From NCBI GenBank assembly GCA_951406725.2, contig OX597819.1, positions 124,186,001 to 124,250,000 on the forward strand: DNA of 64,000 bases. Direction: 5' to 3'. This document shows, one piece after another, positions 48,990 through 61,324 of the stretch (its first letter is position 1; every line of letters starts with the position of its first letter). A program made the position numbers and the translations under genes. The notes below the pieces were generated by a model, which ran no database searches, was not told the origin of the DNA, and worked only from the letters and a program-made list of their open reading frames with translations. This DNA is from Octopus vulgaris (Eukaryota).

Positions 48990-50310
48990 ACAAAGAACAG
49001 GCAGAACAGAGATCAGTGATCTGATTTTTCAGTGCAACAGAGGGGGCAGTGCTCTACCATGTAGAAATGTGAATGAGTGGATCTAGAAGTTTAAAGATGG
49101 CCAGACAAGCACGAAACAGGAAGAGAGAGCAGGACACCCATCAACCTTCACTACCAAGATTCAAATAAACTTGAGAGATGATTCTAGCAAACTAACAAGT
49201 GACCATCAATAATGTGGCATGTTCTCTACAAATTAGTCATGGTTCTGCATATGAAATCATTCATAACAGGATTAACTTCCATAAAGTCTGACAGGTGCCA
49301 AGAAAGCTTGCTGAAGTACATAAGTGAAATCATGTAGAGATCTTGACCGCTGCAGCCTTTTTGGAGAGAATAATCACAGATGAGATCTGGGTACATCACT
49401 TTGAGCCAAAATCCAAATTCAGAGCATGGAGTGGAAACATCCAGAATCGCCAGTGAAAAAGAAATTCAAGACTCAAACTTCTGCAGAAAACATGATGCTA
49501 ACTGCTTTTGAGCTGCAAAAGGGTCTATACTGAAACATTACCTGGAAGAGAGATCTGCTGTCACCAGTGTAAGCTAGTGAAATGCTGGCCAACAAATAGA
49601 AGCCAGCAACTCACACTAAATGCTGAGGTCTATTGTCAAAATCAAGTGTTATTGTTTCATGACAATGCACATAAGCTCACCTACACTGTTGAAACCATTG
49701 GAAAATTGGGTTTCAAGATGCTGGAACACCAATATACCTATTTCTTTGCTACCCACAAGGGGCTAAACACAGAGAGAGGACAAACTAAGACAGACAAACG
49801 GATTAAGTCGATTATATCGACCCCAGTGCATAATTTGTACTTATTTAATCGACTCCGAAAGGATGAAAGGCAAAGTCGACCTTGGCAGAATTTGAACTCA
49901 GAACGTAACGGCAGATGAAATACAGCTAAGCATTTCACCTGGCATGCTAACGTTTCTACCAGCTCGCCGCCTTCATATATTCATATATCACCTTCGTATA
50001 TTGGAACACCAATATACAGTCAGATCTCACCCCTTCTAATTATCACCTCTTTGGACTGTTTGAACAGTCCAACCGTTAGAGCTCATCAATTTCTAAAGAA
50101 GAAGAAATGCAAAAAGCAGTGCATAAATGGCTGTGAGACCAACCAAAAATCTTCTTCCCTAGTGGAAAAAGCAAGCGTGTGGACCATTGGAAGAGGTGCA
50201 TTGAAAAGCAAGGAGAATATGTTGAAAAATGATGTTATTGTTCACCCTTGTTTTTGTTTTAATAAATTACAGAAATAAGAGTGTGTATAATTTTTAACTT
50301 AACCACATAT
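48990..50310 (+). mobile_element. Decayed mariner transposase
   Basis: EQRSVI, EWI*KFKDGQTS..ERAGHPST, IITDEIWVHHFEPKSK.QSMEWKHPESPVKKKFK, LLFHDNAH and a YSPDL-like tacagtcagatctcaccccttctaattatcacctcttt. TIRs were not resolved. Confidence 0.88.
49738..50001 (-). mobile_element. Meta-like SINE nested in mariner, 16-bp TSD
   Basis: tggaacaccaatatac at 49722-49737 and 50002-50017. Confidence 0.92.
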
Positions 50311-50349
50311 CAACTAAATTGGGAGATAACTAGACTGGGAGATAAAACT

Positions 50350-50735
50350 TTACTCAAAGTAACTGCCCTCGGCTATCACTACAGCCTCAACACAGCTCCA
50401 GGGCCTGTCACATGTGTTTCTCACTGTGTCGCTGAGAAGATCTTGAAATACCTCCTTGATTCTGACCACCAGCTCAACCTTAGTATTGCAGGCAGTCCTT
50501 TCTCAACTATGCCTTGTGTACAGTAATCTATGGAATTTCAGTCAGGGTAATTAGGGCTGGTGAAGTCGTAGAAATTTCTCAACAACCACTTCTGGCTCTT
50601 TCCAGAGGTTTGGCAAGGGGCCAAACCCTGCAGTCACATATATGGCCTTCCAGCAGCAGCCCTCTCTGGCCTGGGATTGACTGCAGTCTCCAGCAGCTTC
50701 AGATAGCCATCTAAATTGAGCCTAAAGCCTAGTTC
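50350..50735 (-). mobile_element. maT/DD37D (Bmmar1-like) transposase C-terminal remnant
   Basis: Minus strand across frameshifts: RLNLDGYLKLLETAV..AAGRPYM*LQGLAPCQTSGKSQKWLLRNFYDFTSPN...TKVELVVRIKEVFQDL...VEAVVIAEGSYFE*. This closely resembles Bmmar1 as recalled. Confidence 0.8.
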
Positions 50736-51117
50736 CAAGATATGGAATGCGGTCAGGGTTGCCTGCTGTGTCCTTTCCTGCTTGTCACAGTTTTGTGGTC
50801 TCTATTGCATCTGTCAATGTCACATCCTACAGCCTTTACAGTGTTCACAGGATATTGAGTAGTAGTCATGATGTTAGCATTTCAATACCTGTATCATCAT
50901 GATATAGGTAGCTCTATTAAGGTAGAATCATTAGCACGCTAGGCAAAATGCTTAGCAGTATTCTGTGTGCATGGGTATGTATATGTATACATGTGTATGG
51001 TTGCATGTATATATATACATATAGGTGTTTGTGTGGGTATGCATGTATGTGTTTCAAGCAAGTGTGAGTGAGCATATCTTATCTAAATTAACTATTGCCT
51101 AACCATCTTTTCACACC

Positions 51118-51165
51118 GCCTGCGATGAAGGGATATAATAAATATCCTGGAAACAGCTGTAAGAC
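51118..51165 (+). ncRNA. Degenerate minimal hammerhead-like motif
   Basis: gcct gcGATGA a gggatat-aataa-atatcct g GAAA cagctg TA agac. Palindromic ACAGCTGT stem III; core C3/U4 altered. Confidence 0.5.
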
Positions 51166-51394
51166 TTTCTATTTATAAATGTTCTAAAATCTCTTTCTGA
51201 AAAATTTTTTTTATATATACACACACTGATATATGACTTACGTTGGACTCCTTATTTGCATAATCACTGATCACCAAACTTGGAGCTTAACTATGGTCTA
51301 TCCAGAGTACTTACTCAGCATTACCTAACACATTTGGGTCTTACTAACACCATTACCTCCCATAACCTATATATATATATATATATATATATAT

Positions 51395-51585
51395 TTTACA
51401 TGCCAGTGGCACATAAAAAGCACCCACTACACTCACAGAGTGGTTGGCGTTAGGAAGGGCATCCAGCCATAGAAACACTGCCAGATCAGACTGGGCCTGA
51501 TGCAGCCTTCTGGCTTCCCAGATCCCAGTTGAACCGTCCAACCCATGCTAGCATGGAAAGCAGACGCTAAATGATGATGATGATA
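51395..51585 (+). mobile_element. Solo PHD-RTE 3' tail
   Basis: Family tail with (gat)n. Confidence 0.85.
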
Positions 51586-54500
51586 TTTAGGTTTGTTGAA
51601 GCAACTTTGTCACATATTTCAACTGCTAAAGACAAATACAATGCAGTTACCATGGAGAAAAAAATCTCACTTATGATAAAAGGGTGTGAAAACACCCAGT
51701 TCGTTCAGTGTCACCATCTCTCAGGAATCTCAGGATTCGATGTTTTGGGTTTTTGACTCTTGTTGATAAAATCTACATAAGAGGTGATTCTTTATTATGA
51801 TGAGACAACACAGGACATTACAAACAAATAGTGCGTTTATGAGTTCTTTTTAAAGTGGTTTTAAAAATATGATGATGAATGTTATATTTTTTAAATTTAC
51901 AAGTTTTACAAGTTTACCCTTAGCCATGAAGCCCAACGGCTACACCGTACTTTTCTACCATGGATGAGATTAAGTAGGGTCATTCATACCCAACTTCCTT
52001 GCCACATCCTTCCATCTTTTCGCAAATACACCTCACAACAGGTGTCTCCTCTCCAGCCCCATCCCACTCCTCAGATGATATCCAGAGCAATACAGCACCC
52101 CAGGCCCAGAGATGAAAATTTCCATTGCGACACCCTTCATTCCAGCCCTCCACACACACTCCTTCTTCAACACTGCACAAAAAACATGCCCCACTCTCCC
52201 CTGAGAGTCCGGGCGGCAGCACAATCTCGATCATGGACTCAGCAGACAGCTGCACTCTTCCCAGATGCTACAGCACATGCTCAACATAAGTTATCAAGCC
52301 CAAAAGCCCTGGGCACTGCACAAAAGCAGGCAGAACAGCTTCATTGTCCTGCCTACAACCTGGGCATGCTGGTGGCACAGACAATCCATGCCTAGACATT
52401 TTCTCATGAACAGGCAATGCACTCCCACAGCACTGCTGGGTCAGGGACTTCTGGTAGCTATCCAGGTACCCTGGCCCAAAAGTTCTTTGAAACAGGTTGG
52501 CTAGCTGGCCCTCATTAAACCCCAGACCCTCTCCCAGTATGTCATCCCTCTTAAACTCCATGAACCCTCTACAGAATACCGTGTGGTACTCCCGCTGCTG
52601 ACCCTGCCGGCCTTGCCCACCCCTTGGATTAGCACGAGTACCTGTCGGCACTCCTTTTCCCATTCAGTCATGTTACATCCTTTAATGAAGTTGGGTTTGA
52701 ATTCCTCCAAGAATACCAGTCACGGTCAGAATCTTTACACCTGCGAATTCCACACTTGGTCACCATCCAGGCAGAGCCAGAAGTGCCTTAGCCTCAGCAT
52801 CATTAGTCGCGGCATCCCTAACCCACCTTTTAGCAGTTGTTGGTAGCAAACAGAGCGCCTCACAAACGGTTTTCCTCCCCTCCACAAAAAGCAGAAGAGA
52901 AGTTATGACAACTTGCTTAGCCACGAATCAGAGCAAGGGACAACGGTCAGAGGGTAGGTGATAACAGATGCAATATACACCTGCACCATCTCAATCCTCC
53001 CTTTTCAGGGATAGCACCCTTCCAGACCAGGTCCAGATTAGGGCCTCCACCCGATCTGCCACCTCACTCCAATTCTTCTCCATCTGGGAATCCGGTCCAA
53101 ACCAGACTCCAAGCAACTTAACAGGACCTTCTGGCCAGTGCCCCACAACACTGGACATTATCTTCTTGTCACTCCAGGTGCTGAGCCACAAGCCAATGGA
53201 CTTGAACTTGTTAATTTTTGCCCCTGCCACCGCCTCGTATCCTTTCATTGCATCCTCTACACAGGGTAGCTGAGCTTCATCAGACACAGTGATGGTAACA
53301 TCATCCACATATGCAGAAACAGATTTACAACATCCCATTTCATTGGGGATGCCCCCCAAACTCTCCAACTTCCACAATATGGCTCAAGTACCAGTAAATA
53401 CAGAACCGGAGACAGGGGACACCCTTGACGAACCAAGCACCAACAGGTAACTGTTTATTTGGACTGTGGATTTGATGCCACCATAAACGGCAGTGATCCA
53501 ACCAAAGAAGTCTGAGCCTAGCCCAGCTGCCTCGAGGACCACCGCAAGGCACTGGTGGTCTACCCTATCAAAAGCTTTACTCTGGTCTAAATGGACCAGT
53601 GCCCTACCTTTACCAGATAACTTACCCACCCTCTCTAAGGTGTAGCACAGGAGATGGAATTTGTTCTGGATTGACCTGCCTGGGATTGTGCATGTCTGCA
53701 CCCTCCCAACAAGTTTCTCTACAACACACACCAGCTTCTTAACTAGCACCTTGGCCAAAATCTTTAACTCTACATTAAGTAGAATTATGGGCCTAAAATT
53801 ACTAATATGGTCTGCCTTGCTTGGTTCTTTTCTGATCAGCATCACCACTCCCTGACTCACAGAGCTGGGAATCATCCCATTCGGCTACCAACTTGTGTAG
53901 ACGCAGGGCAGTAAGTGTCTGAACAGGTCCGGTATGCTGCAATAAAATTCATAGGGCAGACCATTTAGCCCCAGCAACTTGTTCCTGGCGCACTCAACCT
54001 CTGTAGCTGTAATCGGCCCTTCACAGCATTCCGTCATACTTTGCCGAGAGTCGCGGCCCACCGGCAAGGAAGTCCTTTAGGAACTTACCACTGTCCAGCC
54101 AGCCACTCTCCTTGAACAACCAGGCAAAATGCTGGTGAAAAGCTTTTTGCATATCTTCCTGTACTTCCATTTTACGCCCATGTTCGTCTGTTAAATACTT
54201 AATAGAGGCTTCTCTGCCTCTCCATCTCTTCACACGACATACACATCCAGCAACGTTAATACCCTCTACCTCTACCGTTAATACTCCCCACCACATGAAG
54301 TTTAGCTCTGATTCTACACCCTTCGTGTTTGGCTTTGAGATGATGGAAAAAAAGGCCACTTTCACCATCATCATTCTGGATGCAGATCCAGATTCCATGG
54401 CCTCATCTAATTCCTTAATTAAGTTCCCTTCTATCCTAATCTTATCTTGACTTAGCTGTTTACTAAATCTAATAGACTCAGAACGAATGGCTCGCTTGAG

Positions 54501-54802
54501 GACACACCACCACCTGTTATTAATAATGGCACCAGTTAATGCCCTCCGCACTAACTCCTTAACCTGGGCACGGAACGTTTTACAAGTCAAAATAGACTTG
54601 TTCATCTTCCAGTATGCTGGTCCCTTGCCTATGACACTTATCCAGGTACACCTCTCATGTCACAAACTTTGATCCATGTAGGAGACACAACAAAAGCATG
54701 AACAACTAAACATATTCCTATCTCTATCCCTAATGAATATCCTATGTATATAAGATCTGAGTGAACCATTGTCATTAGTCCAAGTCCACTGTAGAACGAG
54801 CG

Positions 54803-55161
54803 TCCCCAAAGTCCATCCCCTCCTCACCATGGTGGGGATGCTGGCAACGGGTAGTGTCAGAGCTATGCCATCAGCAACTTCGGTTCCTGGTAGGGCCACC
54901 CAAGGCGGATTGGTCTGACACCGAGTGGTATTAGGGCCACAACCCGGCAGACGGGGCTCTGGTGAAAATCCTCGGAGTGTCTGCTTTGGCAACTGGCAGC
55001 TCCTCAGTCGTTCTGTCCCTGCGTCTGCGGCAAACAGGATGTCTCCACATGCAGGAATGTTGGGGACTGCTTGTGAAATCCACATATTCCCACGAAACTT
55101 CTTCCATGAGTAGAAGCCGACTCAACCCGCCCAGGGTGAATGCCGCTATAAGTACAAGTAA
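54803..55161 (+). mobile_element. Bipartite non-autonomous RTE derivative nested in Tx1
   Basis: TSD gtagaa(c/t)gag(c/t)g at 54791-54802 and 55162-55173. The empty site is visible in the paralogous Tx1 copy at ~60140-60165. Contains an RTE 5'-UTR-like tagggccacccaaggcgg. Confidence 0.85.
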
Positions 55162-55704
55162 GTAGAATGAGTGGTTTATCCAGTCTGTATCAGTCCACTA
55201 GATTATAGCTTTCTAGTAGCCTTTTGAGGCCAGGTTTTCCCCTTCTACTAGTCGAGCCAACACTACCAACTGGTGCGTCGAGAATAGTGTTAAAGGCTCC
55301 TAGTATAACTAGAGTTTTTGACATCACTAAGAAGTTCTCCAGGTCCCAGAAATAGCCTGCCTGTCTATACGCATTATCTGCTTAGACAGCTACCAACCTG
55401 AAGGACTGTTTACTTACGCGTGTCACATCTAAAATGACCAATCTACCTTCCGGGTCCAGAAAGACTGTACAAACCCGCACGTCCAAGTTTTTCCTGAATA
55501 AGACCACTATGACCCCCACCCCCCGACTAGGAGAAATAAATTTCTCGTAGCCATTTAGAAGAGGTGAGAGCACTTGTGTCCCATTCCACTTGGACTCAGT
55601 CACAACACAAACATCAATATTTAGTGACCTAAGGTTCTCCAGGAGACAAGTTTGTTTCCATTTCAACCCCAGGCCTTGTGCATTTACACACACTAGCTTA
55701 ATCT

Positions 55705-55927
55705 AAGGTGGCGAGCTGGCAGAAACATTAGCACGCCAGGTGAAATGCTTAGCGGTATTTCGTCTGCCGTTACGTTCTGAGTTCAAATTCCGCCGAGGTC
55801 AACTTTGCCTTTCATCCTTTTGGGGTCGATAAATTAAGTACCAGTTACACACTGGGGATGATGTAATCGGCTTAATCCCTTTGTCTGTCCTTGTTTATCC
55901 CCTCTATGTTTAGCCCCTTGTGGGCAA
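55705..55927 (+). mobile_element. Meta-like SINE with 17-bp TSD splitting the Tx1 ORF2 start
   Basis: acacactagcttaatct at 55688-55704 and 55928-55944. Confidence 0.93.
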
Positions 55928-56331
55928 ACACACTAGCTTAATCTCCATAGTAAAGCATACTTACTTACATTTTAAGTTTGGGGAGGGGCTGCAAGAATTC
56001 AGCTCCCTTTTTCTTTTGCAGTGTAGCCGCAGGACTGAGCATAAAGGTTCTACCACCTATCTCTTGACTTACGTCTTTTAAGTCATCAGGATACCTTCCT
56101 TTTAGTTCAATCCCACCTCCATCCTTGCAATTTGAATGTGAGGTGGCATGTCCTTATTCTTTTTAGAAACCCGAGCTTTGTAACGAGCTCTAATCACTCT
56201 TGATAGTCCCTCATTTTTTCATTAAAGGACACAATTTATTCTTGCACCTTGGGGTGGGGTTTGGTAGTGGGTTTTAACATTGGGATGGTGTGGAGTTTTT
56301 TCATGTGTGTCTGTCATTGGCATATTTGTTT

Positions 56332-56580
56332 TGGCACGTAAAAAACACCATCCGCTCGTGGCCGTTTGCCAGCCTCGTCTGGCACCTGTGCCGGTGGCAT
56401 GTAAAAAGCACCCACTACACTCATGGAGTGGTTGGTGTTATGAAGGGCATCCAGCCGTAGAAACATTGCCAGATCAGACTGGGCCTGGTGCAGCCTTCTG
56501 GCTTCCCAGACCCCAGTTGAACCGTCCAACCCATGCTAGCATGGAAAACGGATGTTAAACAATGATGATGATGATGATGT
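56332..56580 (+). mobile_element. Solo PHD-RTE 3' tail nested in Tx1 ORF1
   Basis: Family tail with (gat)n. Confidence 0.85.
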
Positions 56581-57409
56581 ATGGGGAGAGAAGTCTGGGG
56601 CTTTAACCACGATAAATTCCAATTCTTCCTCTGCGTTTTGAGTTGTATTTTGTGCTTTTCCGTTCTTGTGTCTCTTTTTTGTCTTGTCTCTAGCAGTTCT
56701 TTTTGGGGAGGGGCCTCACTCTTTTTTCTTTAGGCTAGCATTCAGAGTGGATGTGGCCCTTTTCACCGCAGTTAAAGCAGCATGGCCTACGCCCTGCAAC
56801 TGCAACTCAGCCCCTTCCCTATAAATACACTACTGGGCAGCCCTTCTATTTCTGGGGTGGCTTGGACCATGACCTCAAGGGTCTTCTCTTTCCAATTCTT
56901 GGCCTCTTTCTTCTTCATCTGTGAAACAGATACTTATTCCTCCATGTCATAAGTTATAGCTGCTGCTATCCAAATTACATCGTATCCTGCTGGTATTTCT
57001 TCTTTAGTAACTTTTGCTGTTCTTCTACCCAAATACGTTGGTAATAAAATGATTTTTTCTTCATTTTTTAGTGTTCTTGTTGATAATTCTTTCATTGTGT
57101 TCTCGTTGGCAAACTGTGTTCCTACCATGGCATTCCTTCTACCATGTCCAACATACACAATTTTATTCGAAATAGGTGCCGGTCACCTTTCAATTATGTC
57201 ACTATTACAAGATACAATTCTTGTTTTTTTTAGGTTGTGTACATTTTATAAACCACTATTTTCGCAGCTGTTATGCACAATTTCCTGCAGAGGGAGCAAC
57301 TTCGTATCATTTCCGTTCTTTCTTATGAGATTTCTGTACTTAAACAATTCAACCATCATCACCTCTAGCTTTACCATATTCTTGCTTACGAAAAAAAAAA
57401 AAAAAATTC

Positions 57410-57630
57410 AAGCGAGGTCGTAGTCAGTACCACCTGACTGGCCCCCGTGCCGGTGGCCCGTAAGAAGCACCCACTACACTCTTGGAGCGGTTGGCGTTAG
57501 GAAGGGCATCCAGCTGTAGAAACACTGCCAGATCAAGACTGGAGCCTGGTGCATCTGGTTCGCCAGCCCACAGTCAAACCATCCAACCCATGCTAGCATG
57601 GAAAGCAGACGTTAAATGACGACGACGACT
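57410..57630 (+). mobile_element. Solo PHD-RTE 3' tail nested in Tx1 ORF1, with a (gac)n end
   Basis: Family tail ending gttaaatgacgacgacgac. Confidence 0.85.
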
Positions 57631-58037
57631 TGTTTTGCATCATTGGTTTCTTTGTTTAGTACCTTCTCCATCTCTGGGAAATCTTCCTCAGATATTACAT
57701 TGAATTCCATAATGTAATTTTACAGATAAAGGAATTCCTTCAAAAGGAATTGAAAAAAAAAATTTTTGACAAAAAATTCTTTTTTGCCAAAATTAATATA
57801 CCCTGCAAAGGGTAAAAAATCTAAGTGTTCAGATCCCAAAAGTCCAATAGCAGTTGTTTCCAACAAAAATTTCGGAATTTTCTACCTCGCGGGGTGAAAA
57901 CGACAGTTCACAGATTAACAGCAGTTCAAATTTCAACAGGTACAGCAAACAGTGCAACAACAAAGAAGCATTAGATAATAGCAGACAGAACTCCCAAACA
58001 AGCAGCAGCCAACAGATGGAGCTAAGAGAGGATTCTG

Positions 58038-58310
58038 TATACAGTTCTATATTAAGAGATGAGGAATTATACACATTATTTATATTATTTACAATTAGCG
58101 GATATTTGTCCACATCTTGTTTGTTGTTAACACGTTTCAGCTAATATACCCTCCAGCCTTCATCAGGTGTCTTGGGGAAATTTCGAATCTGGGTTCTCAT
58201 TCCTAAGGTATTTTTCGATGTTGCCATCATCATTATTCAGGTCACTGCCTGGAATCGAACTCGGAATCTTTGGGTTAGTAGCTCGTACTCTTAACCACTA
58301 TGCCATATGC
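58038..58310 (-). mobile_element. tRNA-headed hammerhead element, complete head; ribozyme (58129-58171) has lost 3 nt at the cleavage site
   Basis: A box tggcatagtgg (58295-58305), B box gagttcgattcc (58251-58262), then gacacCTGATGAaggctg..tagctGAAAcgtgtt. Confidence 0.85.
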
Positions 58311-60915
58311 TCTCACAACATCCTTCCATCTTTTCTCATATATGCTTCATGACAGATATCTTCTCTCTAGCTCTTCAGATGATATCTAAAGAAATATAGT
58401 AAGTCAGGGCTAGAGACAAAGGTTCCTGGACTCCATTCATTCTGCTCCTCCAAACACTCTTTCATAACAGTGACTGTACAAAGAAAACGTGCCTCGCCTT
58501 CCTTTGTAAGTCCAGTTGGCAGTACAGTCTTCATCACAGACTCAGCTGATAGCTGTACTCTTCCCAGATGCAACAACACGTGTTCGACGTAAATTATCAA
58601 ACCCGAAATCTCCAGACACTGTACAAGGACATGCAGGATGGTTTCTTCGTCCTTCCCACACCTTGGGCATACCAGGGACATTGCGATGCCGTGTCTGGAC
58701 AATTTTTTTTGAACAGGTAATGCATTCCTATAGCACTGCCAGGTCAGGGATCTTTGGTAATTATCCAAATTCCCCGGCCTGAAAGTTCTATGAAACAGCT
58801 GGTTCTCATTGAACCCCAGAGTCTCTCCTAGGACATCACAGCTCTTGAAGTCAACCATCCCATTATGAAATACTGAGGTGGTATTCCTGCTGCTCGCTTA
58901 GCCACGAATCAGGATAAGGGACAACAGTCAGATGGTAGGTGATGACAGATGCAATATATACTTGTACCACCTCTGCCCTTCCAGACCAAGTCCGAACTAG
59001 GGCCTTTACCCTGTCTGCCACCTCCCTCCAATTCTTCTCGGTCTGGGAGTCCGGTCCAAACCAAACTCCAAGCAACTTAACAGGGCCATCCATCCAGTGT
59101 CCCACAACACTGGACGTTATCAACTTGCCACTCCAGGTGCTGATCTGTAAGCCAATGGACTTGTCCTTGTTAACTTTTACCCCTGCCTCTGCCTTGTATC
59201 CCTTGATTGCATCCTCTGCACAAGGTAGCCGAGCCTCACTGGACACGGTGATGGTGACGTCATCCACATATGCAGAAACAGACTTACCACATCCGATTTC
59301 ATTAGGGATGCCCCCCACTCTGCTGTAAGGACTCAAGAGCCAGCACATACAGAAGCAGAGGGCACCCTTGACCTCAAACAGAACCAACAGGTAACCGGTT
59401 GACTGGACTATGGATTTGATGCCACTATAAATGGCAGTGATCCAGCTGTGGAAGTCCGGGCCTAGCCCAGCCGCTTCAAGGACCACCACCAGATATGGTC
59501 GTCTACCCTATCAAAAGCTTTACTTTGGTCTAATTGGACCAATTACCAGATAATTTACCCACCCAGTCTAAAGTGTACCATAACAGATGAAGGTTGTCCT
59601 GGATTGACCTGCCTGGGTTTGTGCATGTCCGTGCCTTCCCTACAAGTTTCTCCATGACAAGCATCAACCTTTTTAGCTAGCACTTTTAGCTCTGACTCTA
59701 CACCCTTTGTATTTGGTTTTGAGGTAGCAGAACAAGACCGCCCTTGCTGCTGTCACTCTAGGTGCAGAGCCAGATTCCATGGCCTTGTCTAATTGCCCTT
59801 CTATTCTAGTCTTTTCTAAACTTAGCTGTTTACTAAATCCAACAGACTCAGAACAAATGGCTCACCACCATCTATTATTGATGATGGTGCCACATAATAC
59901 CCTCTGAACTAATTCCTTAACCCTGGCACAGAAGGCTTTACAAATCAAAATAGACTTCAGCTTCCAGTACCCTGGTCTTTGTCTATGGCACTTAACGACA
60001 GACAGACACCTTACACGTCACAAATTTGCAATCCATGTAAAGGACACAACAGAAGCATGGACAACTAAAAGTATCCCTATCTTTATCTCTAATGAACATT
60101 CTATCTAGATAAGACCTGTGTGAACCGTCGTTTTTAGTCCACATCCACTGTGGAATGAGTGGTTCATCCAGCCTGTAACGGTCTAAGTTATAGCCTTTTG
60201 AGCTCAGGATTTCCTCTTCTATTTGCCGAGCCAACACTATCCACCTGTGTCGAGAATAGTGTTAAAGTCTCCTATTAAAACTAGATTCTTAGACGTCACC
60301 AAGAAATTCACCAAGTCTCAAAAAGACCCAGCTTGTCTACACTCCTTAAGAGCATAGATAGCTCCCAACCTGAACGACTGCTTACTTACATGTGTCACAT
60401 CTAGGACGACCAGCCTACCTCCTCCTGGGTCCAGAAAGACTACTTACCTGTACATCCAAACCTTTTCTGAATAAAACCACTATGCCCTCGCCTCCCCAAC
60501 GACTAGGAGAAATAAATTTATGTTTAGAGAGTGGCTGCACTAATTCGGCAGCCTCTCCCTCCTTTTCTCTCTGGGTTAAGTTCTGGTCTTTACCGGACCA
60601 CTTCTTTTGTTACATCCAATATATCACTCGGGTATCTCTTTTTTATCAACTCATAATTCTTCATCGATTATTCTTGCCATCTGAATATTGGCTGGCATCT
60701 CTTGTATTCATTTCTACACAAACACTCCCCAGTGACTAGCAAAAATACTAGTTATTACCTGTTTTTTTTTCAATGTATTTAATAAATTTTTCTTTTTGTT
60801 GGTGAAGGGGTTTGGTTGAGGGTTTCAATTCGGGAGTGGAATGGGGAATTTTTTCCTGTGTGTCTGCTTGTGTAGTTATTGCTTTCTTTGTCAGGGAGAG
60901 GGAGTCGGGGGCATC
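58311..60915 (-). mobile_element. Second Tx1/L1 copy with internal deletions
   Basis: ORFs 58367-58858 (CPRCGKDEETILHVLVQC), 58863-59489 (YVDDVT) and 59992-60237 (SYLDRMFI). ORF1 remnants similar to 56250-56600. Confidence 0.9.
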
Positions 60916-60916
60916 C

Positions 60917-61318
60917 TACCATCTATTCTTATATATGCTTCACGACAGATGTCTTCTCTCTAGCCATATCTTGCTCTTCAGATGATATCTGAAGAAATAC
61001 AGTAAGCCGAGACAAAGGTCCCTGTTGCGACTCCTTTAATTCTGCTCCTCCATAACAGTGACTGTACAAAGAAAACGTGCCTCACCTTCCTTTGAAAGTC
61101 CGGTTAGCAGTACAGTCTTCATCACAGACTCAACTGACAGCTGTACTCTTCCTAGATGCGACATAAATTATCAAACCCGAAATCTCCAGACACTGTACAA
61201 GGACGTGCAGGGTGGTTTCTTCGTCCTTCCCACACCTTGGGCATACTGGTGACATTGCAATGCTGTGTCTGGACAACTTTTCTCGAACAGGTAATACATT
61301 CCTATAGCACTGCCAGGT
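60917..61318 (-). mobile_element. Third Tx1/L1 3' fragment
   Basis: Closely matches 58335-58745. Confidence 0.88.
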
Positions 61319-61324
61319 ACTATC

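Larger units (their letters stand above)
51895..58037 (-). mobile_element. Near full-length decayed Tx1/L1-clade LINE (5' UTR, ORF1, ORF2) with four nested insertions
   Basis: Putative ORF1 start MEFNVISEEDFPEM at 57710. ORF2 start MEIKLVC|VNAQGL at 55948. Motifs GRLVILDV, NFRPIILLNVELKILAK, LDQSKAFDRVDH, YVDDVT, LLGVWFG, CPGC..NEAVLPAFVQC. Confidence 0.9.

Noticed and set aside
58240-58310. Functional tRNA gene
   Set aside because: The acceptor stem does not pair and the sequence continues into a repeated element. Other SINE heads were rejected as tRNA genes for the same reason.
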